Below, piece by piece: positions 27,262 through 55,163 of a DNA stretch of 64,000 nt. A model generated the notes under the pieces. The model was not told where the DNA came from. It did not search any database and saw nothing but the letters and a program-made list of their open reading frames with translations. The DNA lies in contig CM120641.1 in NCBI GenBank assembly GCA_051362555.1, positions 1 to 64,000 on the forward strand, given 5' to 3'. The DNA comes from Lingula anatina. Lineage: Eukaryota; Animalia; Brachiopoda. The translations under genes and the position numbers were made by a program. Within the stretch, counting starts at the first letter, position 1. Every line of letters begins with the position of its first letter.

Positions 27262-27455
27262 CAGCCACAGTGAAATAATCATAATTGTTGAAAGATCGTT
27301 ACAGTACATGTGCACAATTCTGATATTACAGCCACAGTGCCATAATCATAATTGTTGAAAGATCGTTACAGTACATGTGCACAGTTCTGATATCACAGCC
27401 ACAGTGCCATAATCATAATTGTTGAAAGATCGTTATAGTACATGTGGACAGTTCT
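27262..27455. repeat. Short tandem repeat, three copies of ~66-68 bp
   Basis: CAGCCACAGTG..ATAATCATAATTGTTGAAAGATCGTTACAGTACATGTG occurs three times. Confidence 0.9.
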
Positions 27456-29299
27456 GCAGTAACGCGGACACATTTTGCCCGTTACACAATTTTGGGATTT
27501 CTAAGGCGTTATACGTTTTATTAACAGTGTCTTTTGTAAATTTACATCTCGTCCCCTTTTCGACTGAACACACAATGAATGTAATTAAAAGTGTCCTATA
27601 TGCATATTATGTAATGCGGTTTCAATGTTTTTCCTTCCCAGAAGTCAACATCATCTAAAATGAATAAGAGTACGTCTTCAAGTTTACAGTGAGGTGTCAA
27701 GTTGCAGATTTGCCCACACATATTTTCAGTAACAAATAAAAAAACATTTCTTTTCTTAGAAATTAATAAAGGATAATTTTAAAGCAATCACTATCATTTT
27801 TGAAGAGACATTATTTCTCTTAAATAAGAACTTCAAATCTCACGTTTCAGATTCGAAAATGGACAGGTATCAACCAAAACACCACGTTCAAATAGAGCAC
27901 AGTACTACAACACAGTAAAATACAGTTACCAAAAAAAAAAGCAAACCAACGTCATGCAGGGCGGACACTTAATATGGACTTAATTTCTATGAGAAGAGTC
28001 ATAAATAAAAAGCTTATCTTTTTCTTCTTTTAATTTGCTATACGTTTTAAAGGATAATGTTACAACCAAAAGCAAACATAACATTCCGTACTAAATGCCG
28101 TCCCTGCAAATTAATGAGCAGACCAACGTCGGCATAGGAGGCAATCTTGGCACGGGTGTGGGCCTGAATGTGTCGAACACGAAACGTGTCTCTGAGTAGG
28201 ACGCTTCTGGCAACTTCGTAAACGGTGCTTGGAGTCACTGGAAATAAAGGAATAAATTCACATTCATGAAACAATGTATGGAAATCTGATAAAGCAGTGC
28301 ATGCTCATTACAGCAATTCGTATCATTATCATTATTTGAGTTATAAGTAACAAAACACAATTAAGCTTTAAAATTATACAAAAACATATATTCATATTTA
28401 ACCCTCATGGGTAAGTAATGGTATTAGAAACAAAAGGGTGCCTGAAAGGCACTGAGGGAAAGCTAAGAGAAAGTATCCTTCACGTCAGTTAGATGTCCCC
28501 GTAATCATTATACCTATAGTGCACCATTTAGGGAAAATATCGTCAATGCAAAACTAAGAATTGCCACAATAAATTTTTTATCATCTGTACGGAACTTACG
28601 AGATACTGCTGCCGGTTTCAGTCCCATCTTTTCGGCCTACATGTGGCTGTAGCAGCAATATGGCATGGGACATCCTTCTTCTCCATCTTCTGCTGACCTT
28701 GGTCCTATCTGAGCACCTTTCACCAAAACGCTCACCTGATTTACATAATAATGAAGAGGCCACATACTTCCGCGTGGAAGCTCCAGTTTGAATATTATAG
28801 TCTGGTTGAAGAGAAGGCACAATAAATCTCCATCTCGAAGAGAGGAATTAGGAGTTGATTAAGTCATAATGACACGCACACACACGACAAAAATAAATGA
28901 ATAAAAATAAAAACGCAACTTCAAAGTCAACACACTTGATATGACGTGACTAGGCATATAAATCAGCTTTCATACATAGGTCGAATGAACGAATTGGGGC
29001 GGGATTGAGATAGAAAACAGGATCTTCATTCAGTCTTACGGTACAGCGAAATCGTTAGGTTAGTGATATGCTTTCTCTCTTTCTACTTCTTGAAACATGG
29101 ACAATTTTAAAGGATTTTATTGAATTGTCTTGTTTGTTGCCTCCATAGATAATTTTCCATAAGTTACTGTCTACATTATTAATATTTTAACTGTTTATAC
29201 TTGAATATAATATACCATCAATTATGATGTACATGTACTGTTCAGACTCAGCAATTCTTTCGCACATTGCACAAGTTATACCTAACCCTTGCCCTAACG

Positions 29300-29950
29300 T
29301 GAAACGTAGCCTGTTCAAGAAGACGTGAAATTATGTGAAACTTGTCAGAAAGTAAAGGATTCACAAAGAGATGCACCAGTTATATTGAATCGGTTACCGA
29401 TAGCGAATGTGATTGAAAGACGTCATATGGATATCCTTGGTCCTTTATCAAAGCCTGAACCAGGTTTCACATATAAATTAAATGGCAAAAAAGGTTATAC
29501 ATATATATATTAAAATGGTCTCAGGCAAAAAATTAAATATGTGTCGCCATTTATCTGACCCCCAACAATTTAGATATCAACAGGTTATGTGCGCTTTCTC
29601 CGCTTTGGAGGCAAAAGAGATTGCAATGGTTCTTTATTGTGATGTATTACTACTGTATTTACTACATATGGTTATCCAAATTATTTAAATTCAGATCGTA
29701 GATAATTCAATCTTAATGAAAATTATTAAATCTAAAATGATATCACACGAGTATCAATTGCTGTATGTGAGATAACACATTCTCTAATTGCACAGTCGTT
29801 GAGAGCATACTGTAGCAAAGATCAAACAGGCCTGGTATAATGTCAGGAGTAATGATGGTACTGAGAATGATATTTTGTACACAATGTACTAAATATTCAC
29901 CGTATTACTCAGTTTTTGGAAAAAGAAATGTGTACACCTTTAGATACAGA
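29300..29950 (+). mobile_element. Gypsy-type integrase relic
   Basis: Fragmented frames CETCQKVK..NRLPIANVIERRHMDILGPL, EAKEIAMVLY, IAQSLRAYCSKDQ and TKYSPYYSVFG occur in the order of the integrase Zn-finger end and catalytic core; heavily disrupted. Confidence 0.75.
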
Positions 29951-31010
29951 TAAATAACAGAAGATAAACCTGAGCAAAATATCCATCAATACATTCAGAA
30001 TTTACACAATCAATCAGTAGCAAACTCTTGACAAAGCGTAACAAAGTGAATGCTAAGGGAAAATCCAAAACAACCGATAAAACAATGACATAGGAAGTGA
30101 AAAGATTATTATGTTGTAAAAACTTAAACAAGAAGGTACTCTAGTCTCTGGGCCAATGTAGACCCCCCACCCCCACCCCCACCCCCCACCCCCCGGTTAA
30201 AAAGATGTAAATTCATGGTCATTGGTGGCTTTTTTGAATTTTGAAAGCCATGCTATAATCCAAATTAAGTAATTGAAAAGGGTTCTGTTTCATATTCAAT
30301 ACGCTATAAGTAATGAAGAACTTAATTTTGGATGATAAATCTGCCGTATTTCCAGACTGGACTGCTACATGTAAAAGACATGTTTTGTGGTAGCCATGTT
30401 GGATTTCAGGATTTTTCATCTCAATAAAAAGATTGCACCTTAAACAAACACTACGGGCAGAAAGTAGAGATCCCATGCAACACTGGTACATCAAAATATC
30501 TCAGATATTGCAATTCTTAATTAAATAAGAATTAAAATATAAAAAATATCAAAATTTCCTTTAAAAAACAGCAAAAATTGGCCGCCATCTTGGAAAATTT
30601 TGTTTATTGTTAAGTATAGTGCACTTCTTAGACTACACGTCTGGAATGATTTTGAATTCTGTTTAGTTAATGTATTTGAAATATTTTAGATTTTGTTGGT
30701 CTCAGAAATGTTAATTTTAAACCCGTGTGTTACCATGGCAACGACCGTAGCACACCCACCCACCATCAGTTTAATGGCAAACAAGCAGAAAATAAAAGCT
30801 TAGGACCTAAGCTATCAGAAAAACATAGTGAACGAAAAGGCCTAGGGTTTCGGTATTTGGCCCATGGACTAAGAGGCATTTTAAAGTGAAAGGATAGAAG
30901 ATTCCAACTTGGGAACCCCAAGAAAGTATACCAAATGTTTTGAAAAGACATTTTATATAAATAAGATAAAACAGGGTAGACGAAAAAGTAATAGGAAAAA
31001 ATAAACATAA

Positions 31011-34000
31011 ACTAGAGGATCAGAGAGGCGATACCGCCTCCGGATATTGTACCACCAGCTGGAGTAAGCGCATTCGTATGGACCCCCCCCCCCCTCCAAA
31101 AAGGGACACCATCACCAGTCTTGTGCTTGACAAGCTCTATAAAATGCAATCAACAGGAGTTCTCAAAATATACAAAAAAATATAATTAAAAATGGTCAGT
31201 ATATGACTTTCTATTCAACTTCAATAGTAACTATGGACCTATCTCTGCCAGTTTTGGAGATATAAGGGACTAAATGTTATAATTTTGCAGTCACCATAAT
31301 GTGCCATAAATTTCCTACAGAAAAAATTAATTAAAATAAAGAAAAGGTCATTTTGGTCAAAATTCTTGAAATGGGAGGTGCTCTGAAGTTCCAGATGTTC
31401 TAATTTGATGAAATAATGTCATTTTTGACCACAAGTTGCCTGCTTTGCCAAGCCTTATGTTTTATTTTTCTGGAGTTCAAAATTAATTATCCATTACCAT
31501 ACTGCACATTTTGCTTTCACCACCAATATGTACTTTTTGATACAGCGTAAATTTGGAGATAAAAGGGAAGCAAAATTTGCAAAGTTCAGTTCATGGTGAA
31601 AAGTAGGTCAAAGGTCAATTTCAAGGTCACATTCAGATTGCCAGTATGACTTCCTATTCAATACAACAGTAACTATGGACCTATCTCTGCCAGTTTTGGA
31701 GATAAAAGGAAGCAAAATTTGCAAAGTTCAGTTCATGGTGAAAAGTAGGTCAAAGGTCAATTTCAAGGTCACAGTAAGATTGCCAGTATATGACTTCCTA
31801 TTCAACCTCAATAGTAACTATGGACCTATCTCTGCCAGTTTTGGAGATAAAAGGGAAGCAAAATTTGCAAAGTTCATGTGATGAAAAGTAGGTCAAAGGT
31901 CAATTTCAAGGTCACATTTAGATTGCCAGTATATGACTTCCTTTTCAACTTCAATAGTAATTATGGACCTATCTCTGCCAGTTTTGGAGATAAAAGGGAA
32001 GCAAAATTTGCAAAGTTCAGTTCATGGTGAAAAGTAGGTCAAAGGTCAATTTCAAGGTCACATTTAGATTGTCAGTATATGACTTCATATTCAAGTTCAA
32101 TAGTAACTATGGACCTATCTCTGCCAGTTTTGGAGATAAAAGGGAAGCAAAATTTGCAAAGTTCAGTTCATGGTGAAAAGTAGGTCAAAGGTCAATTTCA
32201 AGGTCACAGTAAGATTGCCAGTATATGACTTCCTATTCAACTTCAATAGTAACTACGGACCTATCTCTGCCAGTTTTGGAGATATAAGGGACTAAATGTT
32301 ATAATTTTGGAGTTACCATAATGTGCCATAAATTTCCTACAGAAAAAATTAATCAAAATAAAGAAAAGGTCATTTTGGTCAAAATTCTTGAAATGGGAGG
32401 TGCTCTGAGGTTCCAGATGTTCTAATTTGATGAAACAATGTCTTTTTTGACCACAAGTTGCCTGCTTTGCCAAGCCTTATGTTTTGTTTTTCTGGAGTTC
32501 AAAATTAATTATCGATTACCGTACTGCACATTTTGCTTTCACCACCAATATGTACTTTTTGATACAGCGTAAATTTGGAGATAAAAAGGAAGCAAAATTT
32601 ACAAAGTTCAGTTCATGGTGAAAAGTAGGTCAAAGGTCAATTTTAAGGTCACATTTAGATTGCCAGTATATGACTTCCTATTCAACTTCAATAGTAACTA
32701 TGGACCTATCTCTGCCAGTTTTGGAGATAAAAGGGAAGCAAAATTTGCAAAGTTCAATTTATGGTGAAAAGTAGGTCAAAGGTCAATTTCAAGGTCACAT
32801 TTAGATTGCCAGTATATGACTTCCTATTCAACTTCAATAGTAATTATGGACCTATCTCTGCCAGTTTTGGAGATAAAAGGGAAACAAAATTTGCAAAGTT
32901 CAATTCATGGTGAAAAGTAGGTCAAAGGTCAATTTGAAGGTCACAGTAAGATTGCCAGTATATGACTTCCTATTCAACTTCAATAGAAACTATGGACCTA
33001 TCTCTGCCAGTTTTGGAGATAAAAGGGAAGCAAAATTTGCAAAGTTCAGTTCATGATGAAAAGTAGGTCAAAGGTCAATTTCAAGGCCACATTTAGATTG
33101 CCAGTATATGACGACCTATTCAAGTTCAATAGTAATTATGGACCTATCTCTGCCAGTTTTGGAGATAAAAGGGAAGCAAAATTTGCAAAGTTCAGTTCAA
33201 GGTGAAAAGTAGGTCAAAGGTCAATTTCAAGGTCACATTTAGATTGCCAGTATATGACTTCCTATTCAACTTCAATAGTAACTATGGACCTATCTCTGCC
33301 AGTTTTGGAGATAAAAGGGAAGCAAAATTTGCAAAGTTCAATTCATGGTGAAAAGTAGGTCAAAGGTCAATTTCAAGGTCACATTTAGATTGCCAGTATA
33401 TGACTTCCTATTCAACTTCAATAGTAACTATGGACCTATCTCTGCCAGTTTTGGAGATAAAAGGGAAGCAAAATTTGCAAAGTTCAATTCATGGTGAAAA
33501 GTAGGTCAAAGGTCAATTTCAAGGTCACATTTAGATTGCCAGTAAATGACTTCCTATTCAACTTCAATAGTAACTATAGACCTATCTCTGCCAGTTTTGG
33601 AGATAAAAGGGAAGCAAAATTTGCAAAGTTCAGTTCATGGTGAAAAGTAGGTCAAAGGTCAATTTCAAGGTCACAGTAAGATTGCCAGTATATGACTTCC
33701 TATTCAACTTCAATAGTAACTACGGACCTATCTCTGCCAGTTTTGGAGATATAAGGGACTAAATGTTATAATTTTGGAGTTACCATAATGTGCCATAAAT
33801 TTCCTACAGAAAAAATTAATCAAAATAAAGAAAAGGTCATTTTGGTCAAAATTCTTGAAATGGGAGGTGCTCTGAGGTTCCAGATGTTATAATTTGATGA
33901 AACAATGTCTTTTTTGACCACAAGTTGCCTGCTTTGCCAAGCCTTATGTTTTGTTTTTCTGGAGTTCAAAATTAATTATCGATTACCGTACTGCACATTT

Positions 34001-36236
34001 TGCTTTCACCACCAATATGTACTTTTTGATACAGCGTAAATTTGGAGATAAAAAGGAAGCAAAATTTACAAAGTTCAGTTCATGGTGAAAAGTAGGTCAA
34101 AGGTCAATTTTAAGGTCACATTTAGATTGCCAGTATATGACTTCCTATTCAACTTCAATAGTAACTATGGACCTATCTCTGCCAGTTTTGGAGATAAAAG
34201 GGAAGCAAAATTTGCAAAGTTCAATTTATGGTGAAAAGTAGGTCAAAGGTCAATTTCAAGGTCACATTTAGATTGCCAGTATATGACTTCCTATTCAACT
34301 TCAATAGTAATTATGGACCTATCTCTGCCAGTTTTGGAGATAAAAGGGAAACAAAATTTGCAAAGTTCAATTCATGGTGAAAAGTAGGTCAAAGGTCAAT
34401 TTGAAGGTCACAGTAAGATTGCCAGTATATGACTTCCTATTCAACTTCAATAGAAACTATGGACCTATCTCTGCCAGTTTTGGAGATAAAAGGGAAGCAA
34501 AATTTGCAAAGTTCAGTTCATGATGAAAAGTAGGTCAAAGGTCAATTTCAAGGCCACATTTAGATTGCCAGTATATGACGACCTATTCAAGTTCAATAGT
34601 AATTATGGACCTATCTCTGCCAGTTTTGGAGATAAAAGGGAAGCAAAATTTGCAAAGTTCAGTTCAAGGTGAAAAGTAGGTCAAAGGTCAATTTCAAGGT
34701 CACATTTAGATTGCCAGTATATGACTTCCTATTCAACTTCAATAGTAACTATGGACCTATCTCTGCCAGTTTTGGAGATAAAAGGGAAGCAAAATTTGCA
34801 AAGTTCAATTCATGGTGAAAAGTAGGTCAAAGGTCAATTTCAAGGTCACATTTAGATTGCCAGTATATGACTTCCTATTCAACTTCAATAGTAACTATGG
34901 ACCTATCTCTGCCAGTTTTGGAGATAAAAGGGAAGCAAAATTTGCAAAGTTCAATTCATGGTGAAAAGTAGGTCAAAGGTCAATTTCAAGGTCACATTTA
35001 GATTGCCAGTAAATGACTTCCTATTCAACTTCAATAGTAACTATAGACCTATCTCTGCCAGTTTTGGAGATAAAAGGGAAGCAAAATTTGCAAAGTTCAG
35101 TTCATGGTGAAAAGTAGGTCAAAGGTCAATTTCAAGGTCACAGTAAGATTGCCAGTATATGACTTCCTATTCAACTTCAATAGTAACTATGGACCTATCT
35201 CTGCCAGTTTTGGAGATATAAGGGACTAAATGTTATAATTTTGGAATTACCTTAATGTGCCATAAATTTCCTACAGCAAAAATTAATTAAAATAAAGAAA
35301 AGGTCATTTTGGTCAAAATTCTTGAAATGGGAGGTGCTCTGAAGTTCCAGAAGTTCAAATTTGATGAAATAATGTCATTTTTGACCACAAGTTGTCTGCT
35401 TTGCCAAGCCTTATGTTTTATTTTTCCAGAGTTCAAAATTTATTATCCATTACCGTACTGCACATTTTGCTTTCACCACCAATATGTACTTTCTGATACA
35501 GCATAACTTGAAAACCGTACGGAATACAAAAAAACGGAGACCACTTCCAGTGTTGGGCTTTACATGCTCTACAAAATGCAAAAAAGAATGGGTCTCTAGC
35601 ATTAACGGTTCCGGAATTAGAGACAGTTTTCAGTTTCGCCATCTTATGGCCGCTACTCCGGTGAAAATGCACTGATTGACCCCAAATTCACGGAGATGAA
35701 GGATGACCTGAAGGGTAACACTTTCCAGTAATATTATTGGTTAAGTCTGTGTGGTGTCTGAATAATAGGGCAAAAAAATTTTTTTTCGTAAAAAATTTAA
35801 TTTTTTTGAAAATTTTGGCCCGTTTGACCTTGAAGTAAAGGTCAAAGGTCAAATCCAAGGGCATATTTGAAATCTACACATATGACTTTTGGAAAGCCGT
35901 CTGTAGAAATTTTTCCCATAACCCCTTCCGTAGGGTAGATAATTAGCATTTAATTTTGCCATTTTTGGACAAGGGTGCATTTCAATGAGTGCCACACCCA
36001 GACCCCAATACCGACAAAGCCCAAATTTTACGTGGAACGAGTTGAGATTATAGGTGACCTAAATCCAAGAGATGGGTACGGGGGGCCTTACCGCCTAGGA
36101 GGAGAAGCGGTAACGGTAGCCGTCCGGCGGAGCCGGCGGAGCCAACGGAGCCGGCGGAGCCGGCGGAGCCGGCGGAACGATCCGGACGGGACCGAAACCA
36201 TGTGTACCGCCAGCGCTAACGCTGGTGGTACAATAA
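31011..36236. mobile_element. Non-autonomous Helentron-associated (HINE/DINE-1-like) element carrying an internal satellite array
   Basis: One end reads AAACTAGAG with a small hairpin (GAGGCG-atac-CGCCTC) and subterminal IR ATTGTACCACCAGC (31046). The other end has a 9-bp microsatellite (CCGGCGGAG)n (36122-36180) and hairpin GTACCGCCAGCG-ctaa-CGCTGGTGGTAC containing the matching GCTGGTGGTACAAT (36221-36234). No TSD seen. Confidence 0.78.
31195..35505. repeat. Satellite array of 146-bp monomers (M) and 299-bp units (L): L-M5-L-M8-L-M8-L
   Basis: Monomer period 146 (31986 to 32132). L units start near 31256, 32278, 33745 and 35212. The last two blocks repeat at 1467 bp with the same diagnostic variants. 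Confidence 0.93.
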
Positions 36237-38148
36237 TGAGAGTATGTACGAATAGTGGACGGGTGTCACGTGTTTTTTCATTGAAGTTGATGGAGAAGTA
36301 TATTTTAGGGGAAAATGTATCTGATTAACAGAAGCTATGCACAATTTCAACATCTTTCCCTTTTCTGTCTATTATTTCCCATCTTTCGTGGACCGAAGTT
36401 GACCAGTTTTTAGGAATTTTGAAAACAAATACAGAACTTTAATAGATTGGTTTGGAAGGTTCACATTGTTATTTGCATGTTAACTGAAATAAGTTTAGGC
36501 TTGCAGTTGACAGCATATCATCATACATATGTATGGTGTAGAATTAAAACCATTTATGAGAAAGCAATTGAGACAAAGAATATTCCTCAGTTTTTATTAT
36601 CAACTGAATGACAAATTCAACAAACAAGTACGTTTGTATTATGACTTCGTTTCGTTTGCATGTTATTTGACTCTACGTGTGTGCCAATCGAGTCCAGCTA
36701 CAGGGCTACAGTAAATGGCAATAGAAAATTAACCAAACGATACCATATGGAATGATTAATTACAACTCAATTTACATATAATGGCCAAATCGGTTAAACC
36801 ATGCCTGCCCTTACAAACAATTTTCAATTGGCACTCTCCAAAACAATCATTAGAATAAGTACTTCGTTTAATTATTTTATGTGATACATTGCTATTCATT
36901 CAAAGAAACAATTGGCACTTCTTCCCGTTATGGAGAACGCCTGTTACTAATAATAACATAACATATGATGCCTATACACTGGATGTGGAAGGCATCTGTG
37001 ACTTTCAACAATCTTCGCCATCTGGTCTTATTGTTCAGCCACAAGACCACATCTGATATATATTTCACTACATTCTGAAACTCATTAACTTTCAAAAACT
37101 ATCCTCTTTCCAATATTATCTAACTGCTCTGATGATCATTCACTAGTGCTAGTATATACAATACAGTAGTAATGACTGGACTCACGTCATGTTATTCAAT
37201 TACCATTATACATTGTCCTTTGGTAAGTTAAGAGAGAGATATAATAATGCATAGATAAAGAGAAAATTATTACTTGATGAATCTGAGGCAAGGGCACAGA
37301 CATGTATTAACCACATTGCTTTGTTATTACAGTTTGCATTACGTATATAGCCTGATACATGTAATTCTAAGAAACCATGAAAGTATTTGGCTGCAGAAAT
37401 ACCACTATTCTGTTATAATAAGTGTGATAGTGAAAGCACCTCCTGACTTGATTTTGTTTACTTGACAGTTCAAAACAAAGAAATCGGCTGCAGCTTGTCT
37501 TGAATGACACAGTGATTGAAATGTGGTTCTGCTCAAAGTTACCATTGGAATGTTTTATCGCATTGTTTTCTTGTACTTCTTCATTGTATAAACTATGGTA
37601 GGCAAACAGGGAAATGCAACACGCAGTTGTGCGCCAAAATGGTTCCAACTAATCAAATAAAATATTCGGTGTAGCTTATGGAGCTTTTATATCAGATATC
37701 ACTATCTTTGGTCGCTTTAGGCGTTCTTTTACAGTAACAGAAAGCATAATACAACCAATCACTTTGATAGCCCCCTCCCTACACACAAACACACACACGC
37801 ACACACGGTCGTATCGACTCCGTGTACATAATGTAGGGGCCATTACTGGCATCCAGTCCTGCACGTGTTCAGGTATAACGTAGCTGCGAATCATGAATTC
37901 GACTGTGTACGCTGCACAAAGATGTCCGAGGAACCAAAGTTTGCTACGACAATTGAATGTCCCATATTTGTTTCTTCCATCCACAAAGGGCGGTTTCTGC
38001 CTAATTGCAAAAACTCACAGAGTTCGTAACAGAGTCTACAGGTCTGTGTACCCAAACACAACATAGCGGCGCAAATGAATTCGGAACTGGCTACGGTCTG
38101 TAAAAACCCTTCATTGATTCTACCCCAGACATGGCGCGGATATGACCC

Positions 38149-51625
<13,477 letters not shown>

Positions 51626-51681
51626 CTGGAAAACAAATGGACACAGACATCTTAAAATAAATACTATCACGGTGAATCTGA

Positions 51682-51783
51682 AACATGTACCAGCCATCTC
51701 CATGGGAACATGTACCAGCCATCTCCATGGGAACACGTACCAGCCATCGCCATGGGAACATGTACCAGCCATCTCCATGGGAA
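51682..51783. repeat. 26-bp tandem repeat, 4 copies
   Basis: AACATGTACCAGCCATCTCCATGGG(A) repeated. Confidence 0.9.
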
Positions 51784-52734
51784 ATTAAACAAATATCCTG
51801 TAGCAGCCTCCAAACTACATGAATGGACAATTCTAAATAACATGCTGATTAATACTTATATTATCATACTAACAAGTACGCAATTTATGTACTGCGCCGT
51901 TAACATTATGTGCATAAGTTCATTAAGTTAATGTATGTTTAAAAAATGCATTACTATAAACATTGAAAATATTATTTTTAGAATTTTGGTTCTGCTTGTC
52001 ATTTGATTACCATAACCTGGCGAACTTGCGAAGTCAATCTAGGTCTCTTTCCTATATCAGTTTATGTTAACGATAATTATCAAAGTACAGTAGAAGCATG
52101 TTTTGAGATTGCTGTATTGTGTCTCTGTAACATAAGGGAAGACACCACTGTATTCCATTGTGCGATTCTGGACCGCTCAAACTTTCAATTCAGATTTCCG
52201 CTTACCCCCCCCCCCCCCCCCCCCCCCGGACCTTTTTTCATTCTGCGAAATTTGATCACAAATTCACTTCACTGTTTACGTGACCGACAAATTCGGAGTC
52301 ACCCTGAACCTGACTGTCTATCGCCTCAGCCACATTTGCTCCATGGCCCAGCAGGGTCCAGTAAAATGTTTACTGAATGACCGAGGGTGGTTCATAATGT
52401 TGATAACTATCTTTACACCTGTCTAACTGTCCAGTTGCTTTCCCTTTAAAAGGTAAAAGGTTTTGGTTCGTTGGACCAGGTAAAGGTCAAAGCAGATAGG
52501 GAATAAATGATCGCTAAATATCACGGCAGCAATATGGTATGATCATATTAACTCAACAGAAATTACTTGGGCATTTATCTTAAATATAAGAGAGGAGATA
52601 TAACGCTATAAAACCCAACCAAAACGTTTATTTTCCTAAATCCATTCTAAAAGAAATTCTAAAAGAACACAGACACGCAAGGAACTAAAATTCCAGAAGA
52701 GTATTCTAGAAAAGAAGAACAGAGCACTTATTCA

Positions 52735-53222
52735 CACATACACTAGCAATAGAACACATATACACTATATACTGGCAAAGGAACACACGTACACTGGCAA
52801 CAGAACACATATACACTGTACACTGAACACATATACACTATACACTGGCAACAGAACATATATTCACTAAACACTGGCAACAGAACACATATACACTATA
52901 CACTGGCAACAGAACACATATACACTGTACACTGGCAACAGAACATATATACACTGTACACTGGCAATAGAACATATATACACTGTACACTGGCAATAGA
53001 ACATATATACACTGTACACTGGCAACAGAACATATATACACAGTACACTGGCAATAGAACATATATATACACTATACACTGGCAACAGAACACATATACA
53101 CTGTACACTGGCAACAGAACATATATACACTGTACACTGGCAACAGAACATATATACACAGTACACTGGCAATAGAACACATATACACTATACACTGGCA
53201 ACAGAACATATATACACTAAAC
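52735..53222. repeat. ~31-bp intronic minisatellite
   Basis: TACACTGGCAACAGAACATATATACACTG-type units, about 15 copies. Confidence 0.92.
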
Positions 53223-55163
53223 ATTGACAACACAACACGTATACAATGGTAAGAGAAGACAAAAACCATATACACTCAGCAATAGAACATACACACACCA
53301 TACAATGGCACGCCTCCTAGATGCAAGTGAAAATAGAGGAACATGTGCTAAAACTACGTCAGGTGTAAAATCGATAGAATAGATAAACAACGCATCAGGA
53401 TACCTGTTATCAATGTTACAACCCTGGGGTTGCTTGTTGTTTCACAAAATGGTGCCCTTTCATTAAGCATAAGAAATTCCAATCGCACTCAGCAAGTAGG
53501 TAGAAAACCACGTGGAACTGGTGCGTTGATTGTTAATCAGTATTGGACCTCAGGTGTTTTTGTCATAAATATGTTTTCGTCTTAATTATCATTGTATCAC
53601 ATATCTCCTTAATATGTTACTCTTTCTAGCCTAGAAAAACCTATATGTAGACAGATTATTTTCACAACGATCGTGTGTTTAAACATTCTTTTCCATGAAC
53701 TGATTTACAGGTAAACCATTTAGAGAAATTAATAATTGACAAAGGGAATATTAACCGCTAATAATATAATACATTAACAGGGTAAAAATTATCGCTGTTT
53801 CATTCAGTGTGCCCTTCAAGAGCGTTTCATCGCCTTAAAATATGATCAGACTGTACACTTTTCTGTAGCCCAATAAAAACAATCCTCTGAGGCTTCACTG
53901 TGTCCCAGCACGCCCTACACACACTTTGGCAGCGTTCCCGTTTTCACCTGGAAGGTGCAATTAACCCATATGTCGGCGTTCTCTTCATTAGCCACGCGTC
54001 TTTTTGGATGCATTGCATCATACTAGAGGCTATGGAACTAATTCCCAGTAGTTTGTAAAGAATGAAACACACATCCCCCAATTATTCTTTGAAACACTGA
54101 GATATGTAACAGCTCTCTGAAAGTTAAGACTTTATTCCACGTTTGGCAATAATCCCAAAAGGCGCCGTGGCGTTCGTTCAGAAGCCAGTCTGCTGTGGGC
54201 TGCAACATATTACAAAGTACACGTTTCCTAAATATCAGCACCCCTACTTGTCACTTTTAATACCCGGCAAATGTATAAATCAGAATCAACGCACTGTTTT
54301 TTTCTCCTCAATCTCTACTGATAATTTAGAGTTATGGTACGTAATATTTTCTTTAAACCAGTTAACATTTGTAATCTAGGCCATCTGTTGCCTTTTATCT
54401 CTCTGTTTTAATGCAGAAAATTGAATATCCTGTTTTCAAAAGACGCCAAAAACATTTCAATACCCCATATATATATATATATGTTTCTGTAATTCCACTT
54501 TCATCTAAACACCATACAAAACGGCCTCAATACCAAAACAGACATGAAGAATATTGTAAGGCTGTATCCAGCTTCATATGCCAAATCAGCCTGGCAATTC
54601 TATATGACAGCCGTGGATACCATATATCTTTGCAGACTTCCACAGCGCCTCATAACAATACGTTTGCGTGTCCTTAGAATAGATCACATGCATCAAAATG
54701 AAATTGACATGTTGCAATCAAGCTCGATCATTATTTGAATTGGCTTTATATAATAACCACACTTATTCAACGACAAATATATCCTCACAACTGAAACTGC
54801 AAAAATAACTGGACGTGATTTAGAAACAATACATCAATAATAAAATAGACCAAAAATGCCGTGAAATATAGGGTAATTATTTGAAAGACGCGTGGATATT
54901 TTACATCTAAAAGATAACTGACGATTTCGTAGGTGCGATTATTTCATTTTAATTTAAAAATCCTCGAAAATAATCAGATTGCTCCGCTATAAAGTAGAAT
55001 TAAAGACCGTGATAAATTTCCCGAATCTTCTTATTTCCCTAACAATTTCCAAAATAAAGTATTTTTGTTACAAATTCCATTTTATATCGGGCCATCCTTG
55101 TTGCCCTGGTCTATTGTGTCTAGGCTCAGACAATCATGTTTTGACGGCTGAGTCCAAGAAAAA

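Noticed and set aside
28596-28822. Minus-strand fragment resembling a SWIM-type CKxG..CS motif
   Set aside because: Too degenerate and split across frames to call without a search.
35975-36328. 117-aa ORF with RRS repeats (protamine/SR-like)
   Set aside because: The repeats come from the 9-bp microsatellite at the end of the HINE-like element.
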